The notes beneath the pieces were generated by a model. It was not told where the DNA came from. It saw only the letters and a list, made by a program, of their open reading frames with translations, and made no database searches. Positions 12,154 through 25,950 of a stretch of DNA of 64,000 bases are shown piece after piece. Location of the stretch: positions 92,467,482-92,531,481 of the forward strand of contig JAUZTB010000107.1 in NCBI GenBank assembly GCA_034780895.1, read 5' to 3'. The position numbers and the translations under genes are program-made. The DNA is from Rhynchobatus australiae (taxonomy: Eukaryota). How positions within the stretch are numbered: position 1 is the stretch's first letter; each line of letters begins with the position of its first letter.

Positions 12154-15100
12154 NNNNNNNNNNNNNNNNNNNNNNNNNNNNNNNNNNNNNNNNNNNNNNN
12201 NNNNNNNNNNNNNNNNNNNNNNNNNNNNNNNNNNNNNNNNNNNNNNNNNNNNNGATGTACAGGCCTCTGTGAAAATACATTTCTTCTCATATCGGTTTTG
12301 TATGGCTGTAGACGGCGTAGTGGTGATTTTGCATTTGAGAGCATATAGGCAATTATATCTGCATGTGTGTAATAGTTAAGGACTGTATTATATGACCGTC
12401 TTTTTGTTGTAATTATTTACATGTGTACCGACGTTTAATTAATGGGATCTGTTGGTGCCAGTCAGACACCGGTCGCTGGGGTTCTGCTGCCTCGGTAAAA
12501 GATTTTGTTTTAAATACCACTTATGACGGACTGTACAGGCAGTTTTCTTGAATCCGAAGTGTACTGCCGGGAGAGTTATGGTTTTCTTCTATCTAGTTGA
12601 TTCAATTTATCAAACACTTTGGATCTCACTCCAGCCCCGGAGCTCCAGTCAAGAGGAAGCGATCTCCAAATCGTAGGGGCTGCTGGAGGGAATTCCAGCC
12701 CGCAGGATCTACATTTAATTGCCCGCATGTTACATGGTGAATAATGCGCAGATTACTGTGGGAGACATCAGGTTGAATAGAACTATGAATCTCAAATATA
12801 TATATATATATAAATGGGGAATCAGGGCGATATTTTAATTAAAAATATTCAAACAGAGAGGAAAAGATTGTTAATTAGATTGTAGCATTGAATAATTGCT
12901 TTAAAGAGAAACAACTTCGCGAAGTTAACTGTCCACATCTCTCTAAATTCTCTTCGCTTGCCCAGAACCGTTTGTTTATCCAATTGGATAAGAATATGGA
13001 TACAACGGGGGAGAAACACTTAAACAGGGCTACACTTTATTTTCTCGTTTTGATTCCAAACGTTTCAATTTCTGGCTGTTTAAAAAATCAGATTAAATTA
13101 AATCGATTTGAGGCAGAAAGTGCTCCATTTGTCTGGATTCGTGTTTACGTTCTGTCAATATTGTGACATTATTCCTCCAGTTACTGTGACGGGATCTCCC
13201 GTGTTTGCTTGTATTTTTGCGATTCTTTTCCAAGATATTTGTTGGCCTCGCTTGTAGTGTCGGTGTGATTTGATTGCCATTAATCACTCTCACAATTACC
13301 AGAGCTCTCCACAGTTATACTTCATCAACGTTTCTCCGTTCGCTTCATTAAAACGACACCTTCTCTGATTAAACAGGAGACACCGAGCTCAGGATCTGGG
13401 ACCGATCGCTGCGTTCAATGGGAAACCAAATCGGAAACCAGAGCAAGTTTTTTTTTCCGGGACCTTTATTCAAGCATTTGATTCCTTATTATTTGAATGT
13501 AGTTTTTGAAAATTTTTAAGGTCTTCTTTCTCTGAGATTTCTCTCTTTCTTTGTCCTCCCCAAGTCCCTGCCGTGATTTCGGTTTCACTTGCCCCGATCA
13601 GTGTCACAACGCCCAGAAGGACAAGTTTCGCTAATCGCTTGTTCTGACTTCAAAAGGGTTCTGGACTTGGAGAAGGCCGTCGGGAGGTTGGTATCAGTGA
13701 TCTGTTTATTGCTCCACGTGGGGAAGCTTTTTAAATATAGATATTGTATATTACTAGTCTTCTTCAAACACTACTTGCGGGTCCTAGTCCTTGATTCAGT
13801 ATTTTACCTGCTCAGACATTTAGTTGGGTCGGATATCGACTTAAATTCACGGATGAAGTCCGGGATCTCCTCTGTTGGGGTTTAGGATTGGACGAAAGAC
13901 TTGCTTCGACATATCCAACGTTCCAATGTACATTTAAATACGGGGCAGGTTATATCCAGTTAAAGCACTATTAGATATGTATTCGTAAAGAAACCGTAAA
14001 GTGCTGGATCACTTCACTGGTTTATCTCTTAGCTGAAACATTTTAATTATAACTTGTAGGGAAAAAAATGCCAGCTTTTAACCAAATTGCAATTCAAGGC
14101 CAAGAGAGATTTTAAAACAAAACTCATGCTTAGCTGTGCCGGAATGGGAAACACAAGGGGAGGGATATTCAAACCTCGATTATAGATTGCCAAAATAGTG
14201 TGTGGCATCAGCTTTTCACACCCGTTTCCCACATTGGTGAGTCTATAACAACTGGAGACAATCAACATATAGCGCCTACCAAAGGAAAACGGTGCCACTT
14301 TGAGTCCACGATATTACTTTGTCTATCATGTTCCTAGAAAGTATTAAAGAGGAAACAATCCTGATACATATTTTCCTTTAATAGTTATTCAAGTGCTCGT
14401 AGAGCGACGACCCGTTGATTTTTTTTCAAAAACTGATCAAAACCGAGGGAGAGGATTGGATGCGTTGAAGTTTTTCCTTGAAACAGCAGCTCATGTGGTC
14501 TAATTAGTACATTTATGTAAATTAGATGCAGATAAGATTTACTGTTGCAAATGATATTGTTAGGTATCCGCCGTATTNNNNNNNNNNNNNNNNNNNNNNN
14601 NNNNNNNNNNNNNNNNNNNNNNNNNNNNNNNNNNNNNNNNNNNNNNNNNNNNNNNNNNNNNNNNNNNNNNNNNNNNNNNNNNNNNNNNNNNNNNNNNNNN
14701 NNNNNNNNNNNNNNNNNNNNNNNNNNNNNNNNNNNNNNNNNNNNNNNNNNNNNNNNNNNNNNNNNNNNNNNNNNNNNNNNNNNNNNNNNNNNNNNNNNNN
14801 NNNNNNNNNNNNNNNNNNNNNNNNNNNNNNNNNNNNNNNNNNNNNNNNNNNNNNNNNNNNNNNNNNNNNNNNNNNNNNNNNNNNNNNNNNNNNNNNNNNN
14901 NNNNNNNNNNNNNNNNNNNNNNNNNNNNNNNNNNNNNNNNNNNNNNNNNNNNNNAGATGTCGAATGTGTAAGTTAATTTAATCAGTTCGGTGTCAATTGA
15001 GTATATTAGTGTTGGAATATTTTTATCTGCGACAATTCCAGTCTCACTGTGCTAATTACAACCAAAGGTATCCCGGTCCCAGGTTCTGCCTCTTGAACCC

Positions 15101-16680
15101 CATCATTTCTCGGATGGAGATTTCGCTTTAAGTACTTGACACCTCTTTCTTTCTAGAAGCCCTTCATATCAGCAATCCTCAGAATGCAGCAAGAAATAGC
15201 GAATCAATTTATGACTTCTGATTTCCCATCCATCCACTTGCTTTGCGAAGAAAAAAATGAAATTTTAAAGATTATTGGTGTTTGTCAATATGATAGGAGA
15301 TCAGACAGCCGCACAGTCCACGGTATCATTTCTGCAGATCAGTTTAAGAATTTTCGACGCACTGCAACAGTGAAACCGCATTTGTGTCCAACGTTACACA
15401 TCATGAAGTTTATATAAACAATCGCTGGTTCTGAATTGAATGATTGGGACCAATTTACAGAGCCCCAGCCTGTTAACACCTGCAAAACACAGGATCTGGT
15501 ATTTACACTTCGCACATTAGACGAACTAGTTAAGCGATTTTCCCCATCAAGAAAAGGCTTCCAACTCATTCAGAAGTAGAAACAGAGGCTGGATTAAACT
15601 ATTGTTTAAAAGAACACTACCTATCTAATGTTGAAACAGTAACATTTCAGGAGGTGTGGGAGATTTAATGGGTTAATTATAGACAGAAGATTCGTATTTA
15701 TCTGAAGAGTGCCTGGTTCAATTAAACGCAGAGTTTTGGGCACCATTCCTGCCATTTTACCTGAAGGCTTTTAAGGTAAAACAGGATTTCTCCTTCAACC
15801 TGTAACTTAAGTTGCAGTTAAAAAAAAATCAAGATCGCCTTTCCTTTCCCTATCCCCAGCCCCAAACCCACACAGTTCTACAATGGGCCCCCACCAAAAT
15901 AAAAACAGACTCAACGCGACCACCCCACCTTCCCAAGAAAGAAGCTGATCAACAAATTTAGCCGGAATGGTTATTGGTAATGGAAGCTGGATGTGATGTG
16001 ATAGCTGATGTACTAGAGAACGCAAAACACAGACCAGCATGCTTACGGACTTTTACAATAGTCCATCCAAGGAAGCGACGTACGCAGCGATTTAATACAA
16101 AAGGTCAGCAGTGTTTCCTCAACATTGTTTTGTTCAGCTCGTAACATTTTGATTGCAGCCAAGTGAAAGATATGTTTATCTTAAAAAGAGTCAATCTTTT
16201 ACTCAAAGTATTAAGGAGTTAGTATTACGCCAAGATAGATACTCCCTCAAGGATGTAAATGGACACCGTTTTAAGGGTTACTTTCACAGACTAACCAGGA
16301 ATAAAACAGAAGGTCTTGTGGTGGTCAAAACCCTCTCACATGTGCTGTGCTAATGGCTTCCCTGTGCCCGGGGTGCATTCCAACACATCATTAAGAACTT
16401 GTTTTATTTCGTATATATTATCAGTGGCGATTCACCGCTACATACATTCTGCAGTCAGCCGGGGGTTCCTCTGGAAGGGGCGATTGACTGGAGTTCATCC
16501 TCTTCTTGCGTCTAATGTGCTGAACGGACAGTTGCTCTTTCATCTAATAAAAATTGACGTTTGACTTGTAGTAAGACGATCATTTCACGTGGCCTATCCG
16601 GTCTGTTTTATTTGATTCAGTTATTCTGCACGGGTTCAAATGTGCATTGCAATTTCATCAGTTTGTTTCTTCGTGAAAAT

Positions 16681-16723
16681 AATGGAGGAACATTTAATGG
16701 AGGAACATTTTATGGAGGAGTTT
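16681..16723. repeat. 15-bp tandem repeat, about 3 copies (AATGGAGGAACATTT)
   Basis: aatggaggaacattt aatggaggaacattt tatggaggagttt. Confidence 0.85.
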
Positions 16724-19700
16724 CGAAGCTCTGATCTATATCAAGGGCCCGAGTCGTGGGTTAGTTACGGCATTTAACACAATCAATTATTTCTTTTAAA
16801 AGAAGCTTTGACTAGTAATCAGTCAAACATCGTCGAAGTCGAAAGCCATTTAACTTTCCTTTTATATTAATTTCTACATGAGATGTCACAAGAGCCAATA
16901 AAATAAATCCAGAATGTGAGTGGGAAGAGATAAACTCCCACTGTACTATGATGGCAAATTGGAACGAATTAATAGTTTTCGAGATGTTTGCCAGACATTT
17001 TAAACGAATTATATTGGAAGTGACTATTGAGTAATATTGATAGTCACGACATTGATCTTGTAGGAAATATCATATGCCGACAACGTGTTTAGAAGGCTGA
17101 AACAATTTAGTTAAAAGATAACATAGATATGCCAGTCCCTTTCTGGGTTATAGAGGATGAGATATTCAAATTGCTTTTAATATTCTCCTAGTCAAAATAG
17201 TCCATTTGCTGATTTTTCCCCTCGAAAATTGCGTTTCTGCTTGCCAGGTAGAGTTATATAGTATGGCTCTCAGCTCTCTCCTGGATACAGGCACATAACT
17301 GAGAGACTGTTACATTCCGCCACAGTAAAACAGTTTTCTTGAAAAAGACAGAAGCCTTGCCGCAATGCCCTGCACTTCATAAATCACATCTTTATATGGA
17401 CAAGGTCAGGGCACCTAACAGCTCAGACATAGGTCTTTGCAGAGTTTCTGCNNNNNNNNNNNNNNNNNNNNNNNNNNNNNNNNNNNNNNNNNNNNNNNNN
17501 NNNNNNNNNNNNNNNNNNNNNNTTATTTTCATTTGTTGGGGGTCAGCTCTGCTTGCCAGTGTTGCTGCAGGGCTGATTTACTACAAATTCCATGCCTTTG
17601 AGGGACTGAATGGTGTGTTTTTTAGAATTAGCACCGATTATTCTGCCTCCTTCTTGTGGTATACTGTAAACAGGAAACCAGAACGGGAGACTGTCCTTTA
17701 GCAGACGCATAGTAGTCCCTCTCTTCTCCTTTAATGAAGCAGAAAGCTTTATTATTTTACACCGGAGACGCACTAATAGAATATTGTGTTGTGCAGCGAG
17801 AGAGCTCACTTCAAAACTCCAGAGAACAACCCCTCCAGTGTCAGCACACTGGAGCCTGACAGATTTTTAATGTCATTAGCAACGGTTAGATTGTCAGGTC
17901 ATCTTATTTATATTTGATGTGGGTTTGCACATTAACTTCCTTTCCCCCTCCCGTTTCGTTAGCCAATGAATACTTTACATCTATCATTATATTATTCAAT
18001 GCAAGTATTTGAACGCGGGAGGGAAGAATTGGGGTGGTGAACACACAAATCACAGCGCATTTTACTTTCTCCATTTAAAGCTGGGTGACTGAGTTTGTTG
18101 AGGATTCATACATTTTCGATTCGAGGGACGAGAACACGTTCGGAAACAATACTAAAAGTAAACCAATCATTTAGAAATATCATTATTCTCCCACGGACGG
18201 CTGGAGTCACGTTGATAACACTTTTTGCTTCTCTTTTTCTTCAAATGTAATTCTTTGGAAGCCCCACTTTTATATGAAAAAAAAATGCCCTTTAAGGCCC
18301 CGCGTCGCTTAGCATTGTTTTCGATCTATTACACGCGAAGCAAATGATCAGGAGGACGTTGCCTCCGACACAGCCCCGCGGGTGGTGCCTTCATACTTGC
18401 GTAATTCGGTTCAATATTTACAAGGCGCTGCGTGGTTAGAGCAGGGTTCACCCCAGCCCAGGCTGGGAGAAACTGGCCTCCTCGCTCCGAGTTACTCCCT
18501 GGCGCGCAGTTATACTGCTGTTGTTGCATCAACACAAGCTGAAGTCCGAAGTCTAAAGCTCAAAGGTATCGAGGTCCCATCGAAGGGTTTGGATAGAAAT
18601 GCAGTCATCGACAGCACGAAGGAGGCCATCCGTGCCGTTAGTGTCCCTCCCAGCTGGGGGGAAGGCAGGGGGAGAGCTTTCCTACTTTATCCCACTTCCC
18701 AACTCTAAATCCCAATCATTGTGGGTTCCCCTGCAGACGCACTTCATCGAATTCCTTTTACGTGGGATAATGGGTTTGCTTATATCACACTCCCGGACAT
18801 TAAGCCGGTGCACTTCGGGTGAAGTAGTTGTGTCTGTGCAGGAGCCAGGGCCACATATTCCATGAGACCACCGTCCCCTTCCCTATCTCCAGGTCCATTG
18901 ATTCCGAAAAAGATGATCATTTCTTTTACCAGCAACCCTCTTGCAACAGGAGACTTCAACGGATCTAAGCAGAGTGTTACAGAGCTCATTCATTGCGACT
19001 CCCTGCCATATACTGTTGGCAATATGGCTTAAAAAGCCAGCCCAGGGTCACACTTATTATCTGCCTCTTACTATAACTGCAGACTCCCCTGGCTGTGTCC
19101 CTGAGCAATAGTAACAGAAGAATCACATTGGGGCTTTTTAGAGTCCATGTGATGCCAGTCTCTCAACATGGGTCTGCTAACCATTTCTTGGGTTGTTTAA
19201 TATGTCAACCATGAGGATGTGAAAATGATGCCCCTGACGTGATTACTTCTTCTATACTGAATCTTGTTAATGAATCATTTGTCAAATCAGTTGATTTAGT
19301 TCAGTAAATTCATACCATTTCAGGTCAAAGAATATCTTTTGTCATCCTCAGCAAAGATTATTTTAGCTAGAGACCCTGATGAACTGGGATCCTTGCAATA
19401 ATCACTTGAATAAGTGCAAAATGAGTAAGCAAGTGTTGTATTCTAAAACACCATCTTTACCCAAGTAATTCTGGTATATATCAACTTAATTTGGCACAGA
19501 GAAGGACATTATTGCTGGCAAGCAATGTTGAAATATTCAACAAAGTGCTACTCAATATTTCCCATGGTGGAATTCAGTTTATACATTAATCTTTAATGTG
19601 AAATTATTAAACATTCTTTTGACAGTGTAAAGTGGGGTTTGGCTATGTAGCTCAGGAATTAGCCCTTGATCTGTCAAGTAGAAATGGGGAGATGAGATAC

Positions 19701-20129
19701 CCTCATTCCCTCTCGCCAAGTGGCCAAATCCTATTATTTTGCCTTCACTGCAGAAAATTTTTGGCTTAAGTGATCTGTTGGGCACTTTTTAAACTTACCT
19801 TTCAATATCTCAAGATTAGCCACCAATGTAGCTGAGCTCAATACATGCACAGGCCTCCATGTGGGTGGCCTTCCTAGAGCTCACAGTTGGCAGTATAATT
19901 CAAATCAGTTAACTGCACATAGTAAATTTGGGTAATATTGTAATGATTCGCTTATACCCTGTTGTGTATAAGCAAATACTATTGTAAATACACAGATCTT
20001 TTCTTCAGAAAAGCCCTTCCATTTTTATCTTTAAAGTATCAAGTCTAAGTAGTTAATTGTGGTATTAATTGTGGGTTTTGGTTTATAGACTTTAAACTTA
20101 ATGCTAAGAATTTTTTCCCCAGTGAATTG

Positions 20130-20215
20130 ACTGTCAAAGTGTACGAACAGTATGCAAGACAAGTTTTTCACTGTAACTCAGTGACAATAATAAACCAATA
20201 CCAATACCAACACCA
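20130..20215 (+). mobile_element. Rex1/Babar LINE 3' tail (same family as 30433-31032)
   Basis: gcaagacaagtttttcactg...gtgacaataataaaccaataccaata matches the reverse complement of 30433-30500. Confidence 0.75.
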
Positions 20216-23200
20216 ATCTTTGACCATTTAAAAATCAACTAAAGAAATGCATCTATCAGAAAAGCTATCATCTTCACCATCCCCATCACGTTAGTGTAGA
20301 TGGATAAGCAAACTATCCACTACATAGGAAGGTTAAGTATATTAAGTAAATAACAAAACAACAAAGTGTTAACACAATCTTGAAAGAATAATGTAAATGC
20401 TCCAGCTCAAATGAGGCACTGATGGTGTGGACAACAAAGTGAGTCCCAGTCATATTGTTAACAAGAAAAATATGCAGCATTTACTGTAGGTGTTAAATAT
20501 TGGCCTGGATTTTGTAGTTCCAGGAAATAGAAGGTTGTCTGCTATAACTATTCATACCTTGGGCATGTTTAGTTTAACTTTTTTTTGTGAGGCAATTTTT
20601 TGAACGTGTAATCTGACCATGGCACAGTGAGGAAAACCGGGTAGCTGACACCCAAGAGGAAAGGGTAAGCAACTGTATATGCCATTAACCGGTTTGCTTG
20701 AAGGATTGTGAAACTAACAGTGCAAGGACAGAGAAGGAAGTATAAATGAGGCTGGATAGTTTCATGTCTGAATCAGGTGCAGAAAGACAAACAAAGGGAG
20801 TGCAAGAAAGATTAGATTAACAAGAGAGAGAAAAAAGGAAGAAAATAGATTTTAAATGTTAAAAAAATTTAGCTTTTTTAACACCTCCAGCAACAAGTAA
20901 AACCTGAAGAGATAATATACAACAGTTGTAAGAACTAATTTTTGGCATTGCTGTTTGGCAACAATTAACACCTTGCACATTGTTAAAAGGATACATAAAT
21001 GGAAATGGACAAGCCTTAATTTCCTGTGTTAAGTTTAGTCTATATATACTCTGGAAACACCGCAACATCACATCATTCAATGTGGAATACAAAGGGGATT
21101 AGACGGTGGGATACCATTTTCACGCATCTGATGGTGGAGTGGTTCATCCAGAAGAGCAACCTTTGAATAGTTCAGTTCAACTGTGTCTGCTCCTCATGTA
21201 AAGTTGTTATACCATTTGGCAACAAATAACAGCAAGCTTCGCCATTACTTGATAAGAAGGCTTGGCCCATATCTCATTTACATAGGAAATGCAGTACATT
21301 TGAGCCTTGTATAAAAAAAAGCACACAGTTTGTACAGAAGATCTGTAATATTATACAAGAGCATCCTTGAGCACAAGATTTCATGGAAATGAACATATGT
21401 GTAAAAGTGAAAATCTAGAGCGATAGAATATAACTATCTACAAACATAGCACAATGCCAAATACAGAAAGGAGCTCTATGTAAAGAAAAAAAGTGCAGCA
21501 CTGTAATAACTGTTAGATATCATTACACCATGAAAAGGTTAATGAAACATGTAATTTATCAAAGTGCCCCCAGTCCTGGGAAATATATAAATANNNNNNN
21601 NNNNNNNNNNNNNNNNNNNNNNNNNNNNNNNNNNNNNNNNNNNNNNNNNNNNNNNNNNNNNNNNNNNNNNNNNNNNNNNNNNNNNNNNNNNNNTACAATA
21701 TTATATATCCCTACTGAATTTGCTGGCACAGGTTATAGATTCAAAGAATGAACTCAGCCATCTTTATTCCACCCTGGCCCCATGAGTGACTCTAGATCCC
21801 CCAATGTGGTCAACACATCAGTTTCAGGGGAAATTGGGGTTTGACAATAAATGTCAACGTTTCCAGTGACATCCACATCCTGCGAACAAATTGAAACATA
21901 CTTCTAAAAAACACAGTAGTCCTCCAAACTTCGCTTAGATGGCTGTTCTTCCTGTGAGTGCTGAGTATGTGATTGTCAGCAGGATTTTTCAATGCTTCAT
22001 CATCAAAGCAAGGCCTGTTTCTATTGTCCCTTGATAGTCAAGTGTATGCATTTAACAGCAGGACCCCTGGCTGATTTCTGTCTCCCTAGCCCAGAAGAGT
22101 TAGCATGTCTGCTTCTGCTACAGCTGAACTCAGGTAACAATAAGAGCACTTAACAAATCACACTGCTTCCTTTTACTTAGTTTGTCAGTTGGGTGGCATC
22201 GATGCTGTTTTTTTATCTATAAAAAGGTAACACTAATGATTGATCTGTACAAGAGCATAAAGGCTTGCACTGTTTTATTATTGTATATAGTTTGTCTTTT
22301 ATTATGAATAAAGTTTATTTTGGATAAAAAAAGTCTGTCAGTTAGGGTGGAGGCAAGGAGGGTTGGTGGGGGTGTGGTGGTGTCCTTGTGGACAGTGATA
22401 ATCAGACAACTCCCACATTCCAATTTTATGACCTGAACTAGAAGTGACATTGTGTCATAGCATCTGAAACATAGGAATTACTTCACTGCGTGTCACAGGA
22501 AAGTTAAGTTCACTGCACTGTTGCAGCAGAATCTAATCATCCAACACTCACATGCATGCTGCTTGCCTGCAACAGAGCATTATTATTTTTTCCACAAACA
22601 ATTGTTATATTTCAGTAAAAATGTACATACTATTTTAGAAAGTTCTTCATAATTGTCTCAAATTTTATATTTATATTATTCAGCAGAACACTTTTCCATT
22701 TTTATTTTGCATAATCTCTCTCAATCTGTTACCAATCATATTAATAATCTTTTCTGACCAAACCAGAGTTGCATGACAAATCCCAATAGCCATTAGAAAC
22801 AAAATTAATTGAAGAAGACCACTGATCAAACTTTCCCAGGTTTGTTTCCCAAGGATACTAAATAACCACAGGTAGATCTTTATAAGAACAGAATAACCAG
22901 AGGGATTTCTCTCTGATTATTTAAGTTACAATTGTAGTAGTTAGCAATGGTAATGTAAACTCAAAAACAATTAAAAACTTCAAAAGGGAAGATCCTAAAC
23001 AATGAGCCATAGACCTTTATAGCATTGGAAGCCAGTAGTTGTACTTGTGTCTGTGGCCATAATCAGACTAGTGGACTAAAACCAAATTTACTGTCCTGCT
23101 ATTTACCTAGCACTGACCACCAGTCCCTCCCCACCACAGATCTCCAGCAGCACCTCCTTACACTACATCAACCCCCAACTCCACAACTATCCATCTGCTT

Positions 23201-23309
23201 CAATAAGTTATCTTGTTTGTATATTATATATTCAAACGCATTTGGGATTTACTTTTAAAAAGCACATAGGATTTACTGTTTTGTAAACACATTATAAAAG
23301 ATATGGAGA

Positions 23310-23850
23310 AACATTATACCTTTATAAATTACTGTTTAGACATCACATGGAGAATTTTGCTCAGTTTTAGAGACAATACTTTAGAAAGGATGTTAATGCT
23401 TTAGATTTACTGGAATGGTAGCAAGACTGAGGGTTTCCAGTAATGTGGAAAGACTATAGAAGTTGGGATTTTTCTCCAAGAGCACAGCAGGGTAAGGGGA
23501 ACATAGTGGAGATATTCAACATTCAGGAATTTTACAGAGTGGATAGGGAGAACATTTCTACCATCACCTTAAATTTGTATCCCTTGGTTACCCATTATCC
23601 TGTCAATATATAAGGTGATTCTAAACTAGACAGGAGATGAAAAGAAATGAGCAGGGAGGTTTTATGACCTGGAATCCATTGCTTGAAAATGTTAGTGAAA
23701 ACACTTTCATAAGGGAATTGAAAGTATTAGAAGGGGGAAAAGGGCCCAGGAATAGAGCAGAGGAGTGGGGGAGTAGTTGGATCACTCTTTAAAGGGACTA
23801 GGTGCAGAGATGATTATTTGAATGGGCTTCCATGCAGCATGATTGTAGAG
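23310..23850 (+). mobile_element. Decayed CR1 LINE 3' portion
   Basis: Degenerate LY..L.R.H.E...QF, RKD..AL, ERL..LG.FS.E motifs followed by a CR1-like 3'UTR. Confidence 0.75.
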
Positions 23851-25489
23851 TGAGGGAGATAAATATCTAAGCATGTGTTTAAGCTTGCAGTAGTTTTTTT
23901 TATGATGTACATAAAAATCACCCATGCTTTTGGTATACAACAGATGTTGAATATTACTTGGAGGTGGCTATGCAAATAACCTACAGAATTTTACTCCTTG
24001 ATCCTGCTCACTGGAGCCCTATTGGAAGGATCTCCAAGAAGTGTCTTTGACCATGTTACTGACACCTGCATTCAGTCATGGCTACATAAATGAAAAGCAA
24101 AAATTGCATGCAAGACATTTAACTAAAAAAAGCTTTGATAATATTGTGAAGTGTGATTGTATATAATTAAGTTCCTTAATCTTAAAACATTGCACATTCA
24201 TCTCCTGTTGTATATAGATATAGTAAAACTAGTGGTCATACCTATTAATATTAGTCAAATTTTGTATTCACTCTTTATTGATACCTTTATGGTTTNNNNN
24301 NNNNNNNNNNNNNNNNNNNNNNNNNNNNNTTTTACTTGTGGAATTCTTTGTTATCCATTGTTTATTCCAACTAATTTTTGTTTACATCTCATTTTGAATA
24401 GCTGTTTTATTCCAGCTTTGACTTATCACTCCTCTTTCCTTTCTGCCATGCTCAGCTTCCTGTCCAAGAGATTTGGCATGTGACCTTTGCCAGGCCTGTC
24501 TTACTGTGATAAAATGGCACAATGGCCAAACAAGTTGTCCAAAACCAGTCAAACACTGAAGAGAAGTGAAGCATGCTGTACTGTGTCAGAGTTTCATCTA
24601 CTTCTTTCAGTTTTATACTTCTGAATGGCATTTTACTACACATTCATGAAATAGAAGAACAACAGAAAATTTTTGTCTTCGGAGCTGAAATCATGCGAAC
24701 AAAATATTCATTTATTTTCCTTGTGCTCTACATTATTTTACTATCTTGACCCTTCTCTGATCCCAAGTATTTTTCCAGCTTTACGATATTTGTATCTGCA
24801 CATGCAAGAGCATACTATTCACATGTTCTTTCATATCTTTACATGCTTTCTCTAATGCTGCAAGCCTTTTTTCATTCTGTGGGTAGAGTAGCAGTGCTTA
24901 TGCAAACATACCCTCAATGTACTACTCAGTGCAAACTTATTCACAGACTCGTACTTTCTCACATGGTCATTTGCGGTGTTAGAAAATGCTCAATAAATCT
25001 TCACACATAAATGCAACTCACAAACTTAAAACTGTTTATGAGATTTCATGCATCAATTGCCTAAAATATATACAATGATATATAATTCTAGCAGTTATTG
25101 CAATATTTATGTTATTTATGACATTAAAAAATCTCTTCTGTGTACAACAGAGGAAATTCATTACTTTGAATTTTATTTATAGTAGGAAGAATTTTATAAC
25201 ATTATTTTGTTCTCTAAGTAAGTCATATTTTAATTTTAAGTTTAGCAAACATTTGTTTAAGTGTTCCTGACTCTGCAAATATCATATATTTACCCTGCCA
25301 TCCTAGCTCGATTCCTCTTCGTACTTCTCAATAAATTTGTAGCAAATATCAAGACTGAAGCTATTGTCTCCAGTCACTGTCACAAACTTAGTTCTAGAGC
25401 CACTAACTCTATCTCACTACCTAAACCATACTCTACATTGGTGTCATAATTGGCTCTGAGCCAAACTTAGGACCATATATTTGCTGTTG

Positions 25490-25613
25490 CGAGCCAGGTT
25501 GCCATTTGGTGAATGTCCCTTTAAGGTACCTGGACAGCAGAGTAGTGGTGTGTGTGTGTGGTGTCATCACGACAGCAAGATTACAATGTGCTGATGGATT
25601 TTGTTCGGTGAGT

Positions 25614-25671
<58 letters not shown>

Positions 25672-25950
25672 ACACACTGATTGCTGGTCTCCGCAACAAT
25701 GGATGAAGANNNNNNNNNNTAACCTGTAGAGGGAAACAGGTATTTCTGTGGGTGGCCCTGTATTGAATGCCTTCAGGGTGGCAGATACTTTGGAACAAAG
25801 TAAATGGAGATCATCAGTGATTGAGGTGTCGTATGGGTTTCACCGTGGAACATGTGGATTTTGTAAATTCTCTCTACATTCTCTCTACGTTTTGTCTTCA
25901 GTCAACGGTGGTTTTGCAAAAGCCTTTGCTCACGTTTCACCTGACGACTT
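25490..25950 (+). promoter_or_regulatory. Candidate plus-strand promoter/first exon, or enhancer
   Basis: Local CpG cluster in a depleted background; CCCTTTAAG 25517-25525; (GA)n; strong Kozak acaATGG at 25699; donor-like CAG|GTATTT near 25739. Confidence 0.35.
25615..25668. repeat. (GA)n microsatellite
   Basis: Directly visible. Confidence 0.95.

Larger units (their letters stand above)
930..18996. promoter_or_regulatory. Broad CpG-retaining (putatively unmethylated) domain
   Basis: CpG is frequent throughout, even in AT-rich stretches. Hand counts: about 4 CpG in 1-900, about 45 in 18001-19000, 3 in 19001-20000. Confidence 0.75.

Noticed and set aside
16681-16723. CRISPR-like repeat
   Set aside because: Head-to-tail 15-mers with no spacers, in vertebrate DNA with no cas genes.
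18382-18865. Plus ORFs of 108 and 88 aa in the CpG-rich edge
   Set aside because: Non-ATG starts, weak splice sites and no recognisable family; such ORFs are expected in GC-rich DNA.
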